Positions 1-12,660 of a stretch of 32,000 nucleotides of DNA are shown in pieces (within the stretch, counting starts at the first letter, position 1; each line of letters opens with the position of its first letter). Position numbers and translations under genes: made by a program. The stretch is from Blochmannia endosymbiont of Camponotus modoc (GTDB lineage Bacteria; Pseudomonadota; Gammaproteobacteria; Enterobacterales; Enterobacteriaceae): positions 750,001-782,000 of the forward strand of contig NZ_CP097765.1 in the NCBI RefSeq assembly GCF_023585785.1. The letters are read 5' to 3'. The notes below the pieces were generated by a model, which saw nothing but the letters and a program-made list of their open reading frames with translations, was not told the DNA's origin and ran no database searches.

Positions 1-45
1 TTATGGGTATATTAAAATTAGAGTTATGTATATTAGGAGATATCT

Positions 46-99
46 ATGATTAACAATCAAAAGGATGCAAATTCAAATTGGGTAATGAATACATCTTAA
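46..99 (+). other. possible 17-codon micro-ORF (MINNQKDANSNWVMNTS) with Shine-Dalgarno-like AGGAG
   Basis: AGGAG at 35-39, 6 nt before ATG at 46; in-frame TAA at 97-99. No recognisable homology; may be chance. Confidence 0.15.
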
Positions 100-128
100 C
101 TATGTTTTAAGAGAGTTTTTGTTGTTTA

Positions 129-168
129 CATCCGATTTTAAAAAATGTATTCATTTTAAAATCGGATG
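129..168. repeat. perfect 15-bp inverted repeat, 10-nt loop
   Basis: CATCCGATTTTAAAA (129-143) / TTTTAAAATCGGATG (154-168), exact reverse complements. No U-tract on either side. Confidence 0.9.
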
Positions 169-216
169 CTTCGGCTTAGAGGTAGTGGAGATTGAGTTGA
201 TTACCTAGCAATCGAT

Positions 217-250
217 AAAATTGTTAGTGTGATAGAAAATAAACAATTTT
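217..250. repeat. perfect 9-bp inverted repeat immediately 3' of tRNA-Lys
   Basis: AAAATTGTT (217-225) / AACAATTTT (242-250), abutting the tRNA 3' end at 251. Confidence 0.6.
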
Positions 251-323
251 TGGGTCGTGCAGGATTCGAACCTGCGACCAATTGATTAAAAGTCAACTGC
301 TCTACCTTCTGAGCTAACGACCC
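251..323 (-). tRNA. tRNA-Lys(TTT)
   Basis: Reverse complement GGGTCGTTAGCTCAGAAGGTAGAGCAGTTGACTTTTAATCAATTGGTCGCAGGTTCGAATCCTGCACGACCCA folds as a cloverleaf, is near-identical to E. coli tRNA-Lys, anticodon TTT; 73 nt, no encoded CCA. Confidence 0.97.
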
Positions 324-347
324 TAATTAAAATTTAGAACGATAAAA

Positions 348-421
348 TAGGTGATGGCGGACTCGAACCGCCGACCCTCTCCTTGTAAGGGAGATGCTCT
401 GCCAAACTGAGCTAATCACCT
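348..421 (-). tRNA. tRNA-Val(TAC)
   Basis: Reverse complement AGGTGATTAGCTCAGTTTGGCAGAGCATCTCCCTTACAAGGAGAGGGTCGGCGGTTCGAGTCCGCCATCACCTA; anticodon TAC; A1:U72 acceptor end; no encoded CCA. Confidence 0.96.
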
Positions 422-436
422 TTTCTGTTGAATTGC

Positions 437-464
437 ATTATATGGATTCATTGATACGAGTCAA
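437..464 (-). promoter_or_regulatory. sigma70-type promoter for the tRNA-Val/tRNA-Lys unit
   Basis: On the minus strand TTGACT (459-464), 16-nt spacer, TATAAT (437-442), about 15 nt upstream of the tRNA-Val 5' end. Confidence 0.7.
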
Positions 465-584
465 TGGGTTTTTATAAAAATAGAGATTTTTTAATTGTAT
501 TTTATTAATGTGAAAATTAAATTTCATTTTGTATTGACTTAAATGAAAATTTAATGATTATCTACAGTCAGGTACTTAATTTTT

Positions 585-1991
585 ATGAATATTAAAACTC
601 GATTTGCACCCAGTCCTACAGGTTCTATACATATTGGAAATATTCGTACTGCTTTGTATTCTTGGTTGTTTGCTAGAAAGCAAGGTGGTAAATTTTTATT
701 ACGTATAGAAGATTCTGATTCGCAACGTTCTATAGATGATACAGTTGAGCTAATTGTTGCAGGGATGAATTGGCTTAGTTTAAATTGGGATGAAGGTCCT
801 TATTTTCAAACTGATAGGTTTAGTCGTTATAACAGTATAATAAGTTATATGATTCAACATGATATGGCTTATAAGTGTTATTGTTCATCAGAAAGATTAG
901 AATCATTGCGATCAAATCAAATAAAAAACGGAGAAAAACCTAAATATGATGGTTATTGTCGTTTTAAATCTACGGCTATACATAATTCTTCTATTAGTTC
1001 TTATGTGGTACGTTTTTGTAATCCTAAGGAAGGCGTAGTAATATTTAATGATCAAATCAGAGGTACAATTACATTTAATAACAAAGAATTAGATGATCTA
1101 ATTATTCGCCGAGCCGATGGTTCTCCAACATATAATTTTTGCGTTGTAATAGACGATATGGATATGCAAATTACTCATATCATACGAGGTGAAGAACATA
1201 TTAATAATACTCCGCGACAGATTAATATTTTAAAAGCATTGCGAGCTCCAATACCAACGTATGCTCATGTGTCAATGATATTAGATAAGAATTCAAAAAA
1301 ACTATCAAAACGCCGTGGAACATTGGGTATTATGCAATATCGTAATGATGGATTTCTCCCTGAAGCAATACTTAATTATTTAGTAAGATTGGGATGGTCG
1401 CATGGAGATCAAGAAATTTTTAGTATTGAAGAGATGATAAAATATTTTGATTTGAGTAGAATTAGTAAATCTCCTAGTATTTTAAATCTTGAAAAATTAC
1501 TTTGGTTGAATCATTATTATATTAATCATTTACCAATAGACTACGTAGCTTCACATTTATCATGGCATATGCATCAACAAAAAATCAATATACAAAATGG
1601 TCCAAAATTAACTGATATAATAAAATTATTTGCAAGACGTTCACGTACATTAAAAGAAATTGTAAATAATTGTCTATATTTTTATATAGATTTTGATTTA
1701 TTCGATAATAAGGTAGCTAAAGATTATTTAAAACCTATTGCGATAACACCATTAAAATTTTTAAGAAAAAAATTCAGTAATATAGTTGATTGGACGCCAG
1801 AGATTATTAAATCTATAATTATAGAAACCGTCAATGAATTTAATACTAGCATAGATAAAATAGGTATGCCACTTCGTGTAGCATTAACTGGAACGGATTG
1901 TTCTCCAACGCTCAGTATTACCATACATGCAATTGGTCAGTCTCGTGTATTAGAGCGCATTGATCAGGCTGTACGCTATATTTCAATATAG
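585..1991 (+). CDS. gltX: glutamyl-tRNA synthetase
   Basis: [26 protein letters not shown] and KLSKRRG class I motifs; CYCxxERLE...YDGYCR zinc-site region; 468 aa, near full length versus E. coli. Confidence 0.98.
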   Translation: MNIKTRFAPSPTGSIHIGNIRTALYSWLFARKQGGKFLLRIEDSDSQRSIDDTVELIVAGMNWLSLNWDEGPYFQTDRFSRYNSIISYMIQHDMAYKCYCSSERLESLRSNQIKNGEKPKYDGYCRFKSTAIHNSSISSYVVRFCNPKEGVVIFNDQIRGTITFNNKELDDLIIRRADGSPTYNFCVVIDDMDMQITHIIRGEEHINNTPRQINILKALRAPIPTYAHVSMILDKNSKKLSKRRGTLGIMQYRNDGFLPEAILNYLVRLGWSHGDQEIFSIEEMIKYFDLSRISKSPSILNLEKLLWLNHYYINHLPIDYVASHLSWHMHQQKINIQNGPKLTDIIKLFARRSRTLKEIVNNCLYFYIDFDLFDNKVAKDYLKPIAITPLKFLRKKFSNIVDWTPEIIKSIIIETVNEFNTSIDKIGMPLRVALTGTDCSPTLSITIHAIGQSRVLERIDQAVRYISI

Positions 1992-2176
1992 TATTAGATG
2001 GGAAATACAAAAAAATAATGACTGTTGTGCATATACTTATTTTTAATTCTTATGTTAAGGTTATATTGTCTATATATATAGCGTTTTAATAGTTATTGTT
2101 ATTCAACACAGGTGTAAAAATATCATCAGGATTATGATTGTATAGAACAGATGATAAAAAGGGGAGATTTATAAAT

Positions 2177-2249
<73 letters not shown>

Positions 2250-2262
2250 TTTATTTTCTTGA

Positions 2263-2296
2263 TAATATTATATGATTTTTAAATCACATAATATTA
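2263..2296. terminator. 16-bp AT-rich inverted repeat (one mismatch), possible terminator between tRNA-Ala and nupC
   Basis: TAATATTATATGATTT (2263-2278) / AAATCACATAATATTA (2281-2296), with T-rich sequence at about 2309-2330. Confidence 0.4.
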
Positions 2297-2456
2297 ATGT
2301 GTGCGTGTTTTTATTTTATTTTTTGTTTTATGAGATTGTATTTTGCCTGTATTAAATAAAAAATTATATGCTACATGCAATTTAGATTATTAGCAGTTTT
2401 ATCTCTAAATAATATTAAAATATCTTGATTTATCATTTAATCGTTAGCAATAATCA

Positions 2457-3644
2457 TCATATAAGTAAACCAACTATTGAAGCAGATAGCATATTGATAA
2501 GCGTAGAGCTATATATTAGCTTAAATCCGAGATGTGAAATCATATTACCTTGTGTTTCATTAAGTCCTTTAATAGCACCTGCAATAATACCAATAGATGA
2601 GAAGTTAGAAAATGAAACTAAGAAAACTGATGCTATTCCTACAGTTTGAGGCGATAAATCATTAGAAATTGTTTGTAGGTTTATAATTGCAATAAATTCA
2701 TTAGAAATTAATTTAGTTGCCATAATACTGCTGACTGGTAGTATTTCATCAGTAGGTATACCCATAATCCAAGCACAAGGAAAGAAAATATATCCTAAAA
2801 TTTCTTGTAAAGATGTATTAAATAATATTTTAAATGTGAAATTAAGAGCGGAAATGAGCGCAATAAACCCTATCAACATTGCAGCAACAGTAACAGCTAT
2901 TTTAAATCCAATTAAAATATATTCTCCTATAATTTCAAAAATATTTTGGTTACTGATGTAAAAATCGGTGATGTCTAAATCTCTTTCTTTATCTACTACA
3001 TAAGGATTAAGTAATGATAATATGATAAAAGCACTAAACATATTTAATATTAATGCCGCTACAACATATTTTGGAGCTAGCATGGTCATATAGGCACCAA
3101 TTATAGAAAGAGATACTGTAGACATGGCAGTTGCCGCCATGGTATACATTCGTGGTGCAGGTATTTTTCCTATAATATTTTTATATACTATAAAATTTTC
3201 AGATTGCCCTAAGATCAATGAACTGACAGCATTGAAAGATTCTAACTTTCCCATGCCATTAATTTTAGATAAAATAGTTCCAATTATTCGAATAGAAAAT
3301 ATTAATACATGAGTATATTGTAAAATACCAATTAGCGCGGAAATAAAAATTATTGGACAAAGTATGTTTAAGAAAAAAGTAGCCAATCCCTGTGCATGCA
3401 TTCCTCCAAAGACAAAGTTTGTTCCTTCTGACGCAAAAATTAACAGTGTATTAAACAAAGTACATAATTTTCGTATAGAATTTGATCCTAATTGGGAATG
3501 TAAAATAAAATATCCAAATAAAATTTCTATTATTAATACTTGAAAAATAAAGCGTACACGAATGTTTTTTGGATTACTACTGGCAATTAGTGACAGAATT
3601 ATTATTGCAGTAAATCCTAAGATAAAATGAAAAATGCGAGACAC
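2457..3644 (-). CDS. nupC: CNT-family nucleoside permease NupC
   Basis: 395 aa; [36 protein letters not shown], [22 protein letters not shown], SNEF blocks matching E. coli NupC. Confidence 0.96.
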   Translation of the reverse strand: MSRIFHFILGFTAIIILSLIASSNPKNIRVRFIFQVLIIEILFGYFILHSQLGSNSIRKLCTLFNTLLIFASEGTNFVFGGMHAQGLATFFLNILCPIIFISALIGILQYTHVLIFSIRIIGTILSKINGMGKLESFNAVSSLILGQSENFIVYKNIIGKIPAPRMYTMAATAMSTVSLSIIGAYMTMLAPKYVVAALILNMFSAFIILSLLNPYVVDKERDLDITDFYISNQNIFEIIGEYILIGFKIAVTVAAMLIGFIALISALNFTFKILFNTSLQEILGYIFFPCAWIMGIPTDEILPVSSIMATKLISNEFIAIINLQTISNDLSPQTVGIASVFLVSFSNFSSIGIIAGAIKGLNETQGNMISHLGFKLIYSSTLINMLSASIVGLLI

Positions 3645-3837
3645 AATCTTTACTCCAGCAATATTGTACAGAAATTATTTGTATTATTCTATATAAAATA
3701 GCAATTCAATAAAGTTATTTGTACATCTTGTAATTTAATGAAAACTCTATTTGCACGTTATGCATCGTATTTATTCAAAGATAATTAATGGATTTAAAAA
3801 AAATATAATTTAAAAAGTTAGCCTATGCTATACTTAT

Positions 3838-3866
3838 TTGTATTCAAAAACGTAACCATCTATAGT
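3838..3866 (+). promoter_or_regulatory. candidate mntH promoter
   Basis: TTGTAT (3838-3843), 17-nt spacer, TATAGT (3861-3866); the -35 is weak in AT-rich DNA. Confidence 0.3.
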
Positions 3867-3956
3867 GAAATTAGATCTTCATATTCGATCGCTAATTATA
3901 TATATCCATTATAGTACAATTACTTTATTTAATGTACATAAAATAAGCTCGAATAA

Positions 3957-5216
<1,260 letters not shown>

Positions 5217-5621
5217 TAAATCAATAAATTAATGTAGGTGATTGCTTTAAAAATTTTCTATTTTACCGTGTAGTGGTTTATTATGCGTGTTTTTATTATC
5301 ATTAGAATTTGTTTTAATTTAATCAAATAAAACGTTTTATAGATTTTTATATAGAGCTAAATATTAGTTATAAATTTTTGTCTCTATTTTAGAGAAAATA
5401 TATAATTATTAATTATTTAATTTTTTATAATTGTTTATATTTATGTGTTTATCACATAGATATATCTTACGATTATATATTATTGTATTTAATAGGAAGT
5501 TGTGATGTGAAAATGTCTATTTTAAAGTTGTAAATTTAACAGAAACAAGATTATGTTTAGTACTGTAATGCACTTATTTAAATGTATTTAATATCGAGTT
5601 ATATATGATTATATAACTGTG

Positions 5622-5693
5622 TGTCTTCGACAGGAATCGAACCTGTAATTAGCCTTTAGGAGAGGCTCGTTATATCCTTTTAACTACGAAGAC
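5622..5693 (-). tRNA. argW: tRNA-Arg(CCT)
   Basis: Reverse complement GTCTTCGTAGTTAAAAGGATATAACGAGCCTCTCCTAAAGGCTAATTACAGGTTCGATTCCTGTCGAAGACA; anticodon CCT; close to E. coli argW; no encoded CCA. Confidence 0.95.
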
Positions 5694-6004
5694 CTGTTAA
5701 TTATACATTCAAATTATTATTACATTCCAATAAACATAAATCTATGTATGTTATTTGTACGTTTTTTTTGGATACTGCAAAATGATAGATGTCTTTATAT
5801 ATAAAGACAGATATCTGTGTGCATAGAACTGTTTCAAAATGTAAAATTTGTTAAAAAATGATTTTATTGATTTAATATAGATAACATTATATCTACTTAT
5901 GATTTGATTTTTGCATGCATAATTGTAAAGATATTGCGCGTGGTTTTTAGTAAACATACATGTGTTTATTTTTTAGTTTAACCCTATATTTTATTTTTAG
6001 ATTA

Positions 6005-7069
6005 TTATATTTTTTCACATTGTGCGCGTTGTCTAAGTAGATGATCCATTACAACAATTGCCACCATAGCTTCTGCTATGGGTACTACTCTAATTCCTAT
6101 GCAAGGATCATGTCGTCCTATAGTAATTACGTGTGTTTCTTCATTTTCACGTGTAATAGTTTTTCCTGGTACTGTTATGCTTGAGGTTGGTTTAATAGCT
6201 ATATGCATGATTATTGGTTGACCATTGCTAATTCCTCCTAATATTCCTCCGGCATTATTGCTGTTAAATCCATCTAATGTCATTTCGTCTCGATGTTCGC
6301 TACCACGTTTAGTAACAACTGAAAATCCATCCCCAATTTCTACGCCTTTTACTGCATTAATACTCATCAATGCATGAGCTAAATCAGCATCAAGTCGATC
6401 GAATACAGGTTCACCTAAACCAATTGGTACATTTTCTGCTATTATTGTTATTTTTGCGCCAATAGAGTCTCCAGATTTTTGTAAATTATTTATTAATGTA
6501 TCTAATGCAGTTAATTGTTCAATATCAGGGCAAAAAAATGGATTGTTATTGACTTGCCGCCAATCTTTTAAATTACAATGAATATCGCCCATTTGTGCTA
6601 AGAATCCACGAATTTTTATATTTTTTTTATTAAATAGATATTTTTTAGCAACAGCTCCTGCTGCTACTCGTACTGCTGTTTCACGCGCTGAAGAACGTCC
6701 TCCGCCACGGTAATCTCTAAAACCATATTTTTTTTCATAAGTATAATCAGCATGTCCAGGTCGGTATAGATTTTTTATTTTTTCGTAATCTTGAGGCCGA
6801 TGATCAGTATTTTTAATGATTAATCCTATACTAGTGCCCGTTGTTTTTCCATTAAAGACACCAGATACAATTTCTACCGTATCTAATTCTGATCGCTGAC
6901 TAGTATAACTAGAAGAACCCGGACGTCTACGATCTAAATCGTATTGTAGATCTTTTTCTGCTAAAGGAAGGCTTGGCGGTACTCCATCAACAATACCACC
7001 TAATGCAGATCCATGTGATTCTCCAAATGTTGTAACTCTAAAAAATTGCCCAATACTATTCCCAGCCAT
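6005..7069 (-). CDS. aroC: chorismate synthase
   Basis: [51 protein letters not shown] motifs; 354 aa. Confidence 0.98.
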   Translation of the reverse strand: MAGNSIGQFFRVTTFGESHGSALGGIVDGVPPSLPLAEKDLQYDLDRRRPGSSSYTSQRSELDTVEIVSGVFNGKTTGTSIGLIIKNTDHRPQDYEKIKNLYRPGHADYTYEKKYGFRDYRGGGRSSARETAVRVAAGAVAKKYLFNKKNIKIRGFLAQMGDIHCNLKDWRQVNNNPFFCPDIEQLTALDTLINNLQKSGDSIGAKITIIAENVPIGLGEPVFDRLDADLAHALMSINAVKGVEIGDGFSVVTKRGSEHRDEMTLDGFNSNNAGGILGGISNGQPIIMHIAIKPTSSITVPGKTITRENEETHVITIGRHDPCIGIRVVPIAEAMVAIVVMDHLLRQRAQCEKI

Positions 7070-7093
7070 TATTAAAATTTCCTCAATTGTTGA

Positions 7094-8008
7094 CTATTCA
7101 GTGTTGTTAAAAGATAATAATTGCTTATAAGTTAACATAAATACGCCTTTTCCTCCGTTAGAAAGACGCAACCAACGAAATGGTATATTTGGATAACGTT
7201 TTATTAATGCCATTTTAGTACTACCTACTTCGCATATTAAAGTTCCGTTTGTATTTAAATGATGCATAACGTTCATTAATATTTTTTGAATTATTTTTAA
7301 TCCATCATTATCTGCAGATAATGATATCACAGGTTCATAATGAAATTCTTTCGGTAATTTATATATATCCGAATTCTTTACATAAGGAGGGTTAGTTATG
7401 ATTAGATCGTATTTTAATTGTGGCAAATTGCTAAATAAATCGGAATGAATAGGGAAAACACGATGTTCTAAATTATATAGTTTTATATTGTGTTCAGCTA
7501 CTTTTAATGCATCGATAGAAATATCTACTGCATCTATTTCGGATTTTTGGTAAACCGTAGCTATTGCAACAGCGATACATCCGCTGCCAGTGCCTATATC
7601 AAGAATACGATATGGGTAATGGGGTAACAGATCATTAAAACATGATGTAATTAGCTCTCCAATTGGAGAGCGAGGAATAAACACTCGTTTATCTACGTAA
7701 AACTTTAAACCACAAAACCATGCTTGATAAGTTAAGTAAGGGACTGGTATGCGTTTATTGATGCGATAGTTAACTAACTTGATTATCTTAGAGCGCTCGC
7801 TAGAGGTTAAACGAGCTTGATATATTTGGGTTGGAATATTTATAGGCAAATATAAACTAGGTAGTATTAAATGTAATGTTTCGTCCCAAAAATTATTAGT
7901 ACCATGTCCATAAAAAATTGGGTTAGCATTAAATTGACTACTACTCCAACGTAATATGTCTAATATAGTATGAATTTCTGGCAGTGTTTCCTTAGTTATT
8001 TTCTTCAT
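7094..8008 (-). CDS. prmB: release factor-family 50S ribosomal protein L3 N5-glutamine methyltransferase
   Basis: RVFIPRSPIGELI, DIGTGSGCIAVA, NPPYV motifs; adjacent to aroC as in E. coli. Confidence 0.93.
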   Translation of the reverse strand: MKKITKETLPEIHTILDILRWSSSQFNANPIFYGHGTNNFWDETLHLILPSLYLPINIPTQIYQARLTSSERSKIIKLVNYRINKRIPVPYLTYQAWFCGLKFYVDKRVFIPRSPIGELITSCFNDLLPHYPYRILDIGTGSGCIAVAIATVYQKSEIDAVDISIDALKVAEHNIKLYNLEHRVFPIHSDLFSNLPQLKYDLIITNPPYVKNSDIYKLPKEFHYEPVISLSADNDGLKIIQKILMNVMHHLNTNGTLICEVGSTKMALIKRYPNIPFRWLRLSNGGKGVFMLTYKQLLSFNNTE

Positions 8009-8807
8009 AGATTGTAATTCCTGTGATTATATTCATATACGGATTTTATAAAGTTATTGTGTTCGAGAGTGTAATTTGTTTTATAATTAAAAATTAAAGT
8101 ATTATATATTTGTAATATATGTACAAATAGTGATATTGGTGTTATAGCTAATTTAATAAATGTATAATATGAGAATGGTTATCATGTAATGACGTATTAG
8201 TGTTTATTGACTGTATATATAGATATTTTATATATGATTTTGTACTTTGTTGTAGTTATATGTTGATTTTAATTTATTAAACTTACTAATTTTATGCATA
8301 TGCAATACAATTGCATTAAATGCGCTTTGTAATTAATACAATATTTTGGTTTAAAATCAGTACTAGTTGTAAATATATGTTTATGTTTCTAGTGAACTAT
8401 CATTGTTGTGTTTATATTTTCCATAAATGTGTTACGATTTTTTTTGTTCTATGAGATGTAGTGTTATTTATTTTGAAACAGTATACTTTGATGATTAAAT
8501 CACATTATATATAATTATATTAGTATACGTTTGATACTATCATATATTATAACGGTATAAATAATTATTAGATCGTAAAATAATACAGTTTTTGTAGTTG
8601 GATTACAATTTAAGGGGATATATCCTGAAGATCAATAGAATATTCTTTTAAATATTTATATAAGTAATGGTTTGGTTTTTAAATTATTGAGTTCTTTCTT
8701 ATGTTAATAATTTTTACCGTACGATTTAACATTTTAAGTAGATATGTTTAGGTTTAGTACGATTTTGATATTACAAAACATTATTATCATGAGGGTATAT
8801 AAAAAAA

Positions 8808-10022
8808 ATGAAACGCGCTGTTATCACTGGTTTAGGGATTATATCAAGTATTGGAAATAATCAGAATGAAGTTTTGGTTTCTTTAAAAAATGGTAAATCT
8901 GGGGTCACTTTTTCTCAAGAATTAGAAGAATCTGGAATGCGTAGTCATGTTTGGGGTAATATTAAACTTAATACATCAGGATTAATTGATCGTAAGATTG
9001 CTCGCTTTATGAGTGATGCATCTATTTATACTTATTTATCTATGGAACAGGCCATAATAGATTCTGGATTGTCTGAAGGTATGGTTTCTAATGATCAAAC
9101 AGGATTGATTGTCGGATCTGGAGGGGGATCTCCACGTAATCAAGTTTCTGGATCTAATGGAATGCGTTTGCGTGGTTTGAGAGGAGTGGGTCCTTATATG
9201 GTAACTAAATCTATGGCTTCAGGTGTATCAGCATGCTTGGCTACTTCTTTTAAAATTCGTGGGGTCAGTTATTCTATTAGCTCCGCTTGTTCTACATCTA
9301 CACATTGTATCGGAAATGCGGTTGAATTAATTCAATCAGGAAAACAATCTATTATTTTTGCTGGAGGCGGAGAGGAATTATGTTGGGAAATGGCTTGTGA
9401 ATTTGATGCTATGGGCGCCTTATCTACGAAGTATAATACGACACCAGAGAGAGCATCTCGTCCTTATGACATTAATAGAGATGGATTCGTAATTGCGGGA
9501 GGCGGAGGGATAGTTGTAATAGAAGAGTTAACGCATGCTTTAAGTCGTGGAGCTTATATTTATGCAGAAATTGTTGGGTATGGAGCTACGTCTGATGGAT
9601 GTGACATGGTTGCTCCTTCTGGAGAAGGAGCAATTCGATGCATGAAAATGGCATTAAGAAATGTTGGAGGTTCGATAGATTATCTTAATGTGCACGGTAC
9701 ATCAACTCAAATAGGTGATATTAAAGAAATTTGGGCTATTCGTGAAATTTTTGGTGATCAACATCCTTCTTTTTCTTCTACTAAGTCAATGACCGGCCAT
9801 TCATTAGGTGCCGCTGGAGTTCATGAAACTATTTTTACTTTATTAATGTTAAAACATAATTTTATCGCTCCAAGTATTAATATCGATCATTTAGATCCAT
9901 ATATGAAAAACATGAAAATTATTGTTAATAATTCTGTTTATCGTAAATTGAAAACAGCCATGACTAATAGTTTTGGGTTCGGAGGAACAAATGCTACATT
10001 AATTATGAGTAAATATTCCTGA
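8808..10022 (+). CDS. fabB: 3-oxoacyl-ACP synthase I
   Basis: [13 protein letters not shown] active-site Cys block, NVHGTST and [10 protein letters not shown] His blocks, [12 protein letters not shown]; 404 aa. Confidence 0.97.
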   Translation: MKRAVITGLGIISSIGNNQNEVLVSLKNGKSGVTFSQELEESGMRSHVWGNIKLNTSGLIDRKIARFMSDASIYTYLSMEQAIIDSGLSEGMVSNDQTGLIVGSGGGSPRNQVSGSNGMRLRGLRGVGPYMVTKSMASGVSACLATSFKIRGVSYSISSACSTSTHCIGNAVELIQSGKQSIIFAGGGEELCWEMACEFDAMGALSTKYNTTPERASRPYDINRDGFVIAGGGGIVVIEELTHALSRGAYIYAEIVGYGATSDGCDMVAPSGEGAIRCMKMALRNVGGSIDYLNVHGTSTQIGDIKEIWAIREIFGDQHPSFSSTKSMTGHSLGAAGVHETIFTLLMLKHNFIAPSINIDHLDPYMKNMKIIVNNSVYRKLKTAMTNSFGFGGTNATLIMSKYS

Positions 10023-10062
10023 ATGTTTTGTCAATATTTTGGTTATATAAGATTTAGTGCCG

Positions 10063-10096
10063 TACATTGTATTTTATGTGTATAAAATACAATGTA
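10063..10096 (+). terminator. perfect 15-bp hairpin, GTGT loop, 40 nt past the fabB stop
   Basis: TACATTGTATTTTAT (10063-10077) GTGT ATAAAATACAATGTA (10082-10096). No clear U-tract, so terminator versus 3' stabiliser is unresolved. Confidence 0.5.
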
Positions 10097-10228
10097 TAAT
10101 TGTAAATGTGTATGTTCAGGGATGTTGAGGTTTAAACTTATATTACATTTATATGATCGGATATGACGAATCATGCAAGCGTGGTGAGTAGTTATTATGA
10201 TTATTTTAATTTTTGCATAATATAGTAA

Positions 10229-11371
<1,143 letters not shown>

Positions 11372-11874
11372 AATTATATTTGTGTATGTGTTGTATTGCA
11401 TCTATGTTTACTAGTTTTGGATTGTAATGCATATTGAGTGGGTTATGACTGTATTTTTTTAGGGTAAAGAGTTTTTGTATTATACAAGCATTTTTTAAGG
11501 ATTATTGTGTGTATGTGTTGAAAAGTGTTTTATGTACAATTTATTCTGAGTTAGGTATATCTATTTTTATATATAGTAGATAAGCGTTCATATTTTTTGT
11601 TGATAAAAGAATGACATGTAGTATATGGATTTTCCCATTAACAGTTATTACGTGTTGATTTTACGATATTTTTTATCTTTTGAAGATATAGATTATGAAC
11701 CCATTGTGCTTTGCGGTTCCATTTTCATTGAATTTAATTAGCTTGTGTTTTATGTGTATGCATTGTTTTGTTAATATAAAATATCAGTTATGTATCTTTA
11801 TATTTAATTGGAACTCATGTAAACAGTATTAATCTCATATAGATTCATCATATATTTATAAAAGTTATAGTGTA

Positions 11875-12660
11875 ATGCAAAAATTAGCTTTAGGCATTGA
11901 ATACGATGGGTCTTGGTACTGCGGCTGGCAAAGACAAAGAGATGCGCCAAGTATCCAGAGTTACATAGAAAACGCTATAAAAAAAATAACAGATGAGTCA
12001 GTAACGGTATTTTGTGCGGGCAGAACCGATTCTGGAGTACACGCTTTGGGACAAGTTGTTCATTTTGAAACTTATTCTCGGCGCTCAAAATCAGCTTGGA
12101 CATTGGGTATGAATCGTTATTTGCCGTCAAGTATTTGCGTACGCTGGGCTAAATTAGTAAATAAAAACTTCCATGCTCGCTTTAGCGCTATTTCTCGTCG
12201 TTACTGTTATATAATCAATAATAGTTGTATACGATCTGCTTTGTTATTTAGAAAAACTTGGCATTATAAAAAATATTTAGATCACAATAAAATGTGTGAT
12301 GCTGCTCAGTATTTATTAGGAGAAAATGACTTCTCTTCGTTTCGTGCCGCAGGGTGTCAGTCATATTCAACGCGAAGGAAATTATATCATATACGTATCA
12401 TACGAAAAGGTCAATGTATTGTGATAGATATTAAAGCTAATTCTTTTATGTATCGTATGGTACGAAATATTGTAGGTAGTTTAGTAAAAGTTGGTTGTGG
12501 GGAGCAACCAGAAACATGGATTGCAGAGTTATTAGAAAATTGCAATAGATCACTAGCTGGTGTAACAGCTCCAGCTAGTGGTTTATATTTGGTGGAAGTT
12601 AAATATCCTTCAGATTTTTCTATCCCTTCTTCTTTCATCGAAGAACTGTGGTGTGCATAA
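11875..12660 (+). CDS. truA: tRNA pseudouridine(38-40) synthase
   Basis: LGIEYDGSWYCGWQRQ, AGRTDSGVHALGQVVHF (catalytic Asp), SFMYRMVRNIVGSL; 261 aa. Confidence 0.96.
   Translation: MQKLALGIEYDGSWYCGWQRQRDAPSIQSYIENAIKKITDESVTVFCAGRTDSGVHALGQVVHFETYSRRSKSAWTLGMNRYLPSSICVRWAKLVNKNFHARFSAISRRYCYIINNSCIRSALLFRKTWHYKKYLDHNKMCDAAQYLLGENDFSSFRAAGCQSYSTRRKLYHIRIIRKGQCIVIDIKANSFMYRMVRNIVGSLVKVGCGEQPETWIAELLENCNRSLAGVTAPASGLYLVEVKYPSDFSIPSSFIEELWCA

Noticed and set aside
2425-2649. 74-aa plus-strand ORF
   Set aside because: Antisense to the nupC 3' coding region; the nupC match is decisive.
5751-5957. 68-aa minus-strand ORF between tRNA-Arg and aroC
   Set aside because: AT-rich composition (Tyr/Ile/Lys/Phe), no motif, no neighbours supporting it; likely chance.
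8295-8304. TGCATATGCA palindrome, and similarly GGATATATCC at 8616-8625
   Set aside because: 10-bp palindromes are expected by chance in AT-rich spacer; nothing else supports a site.
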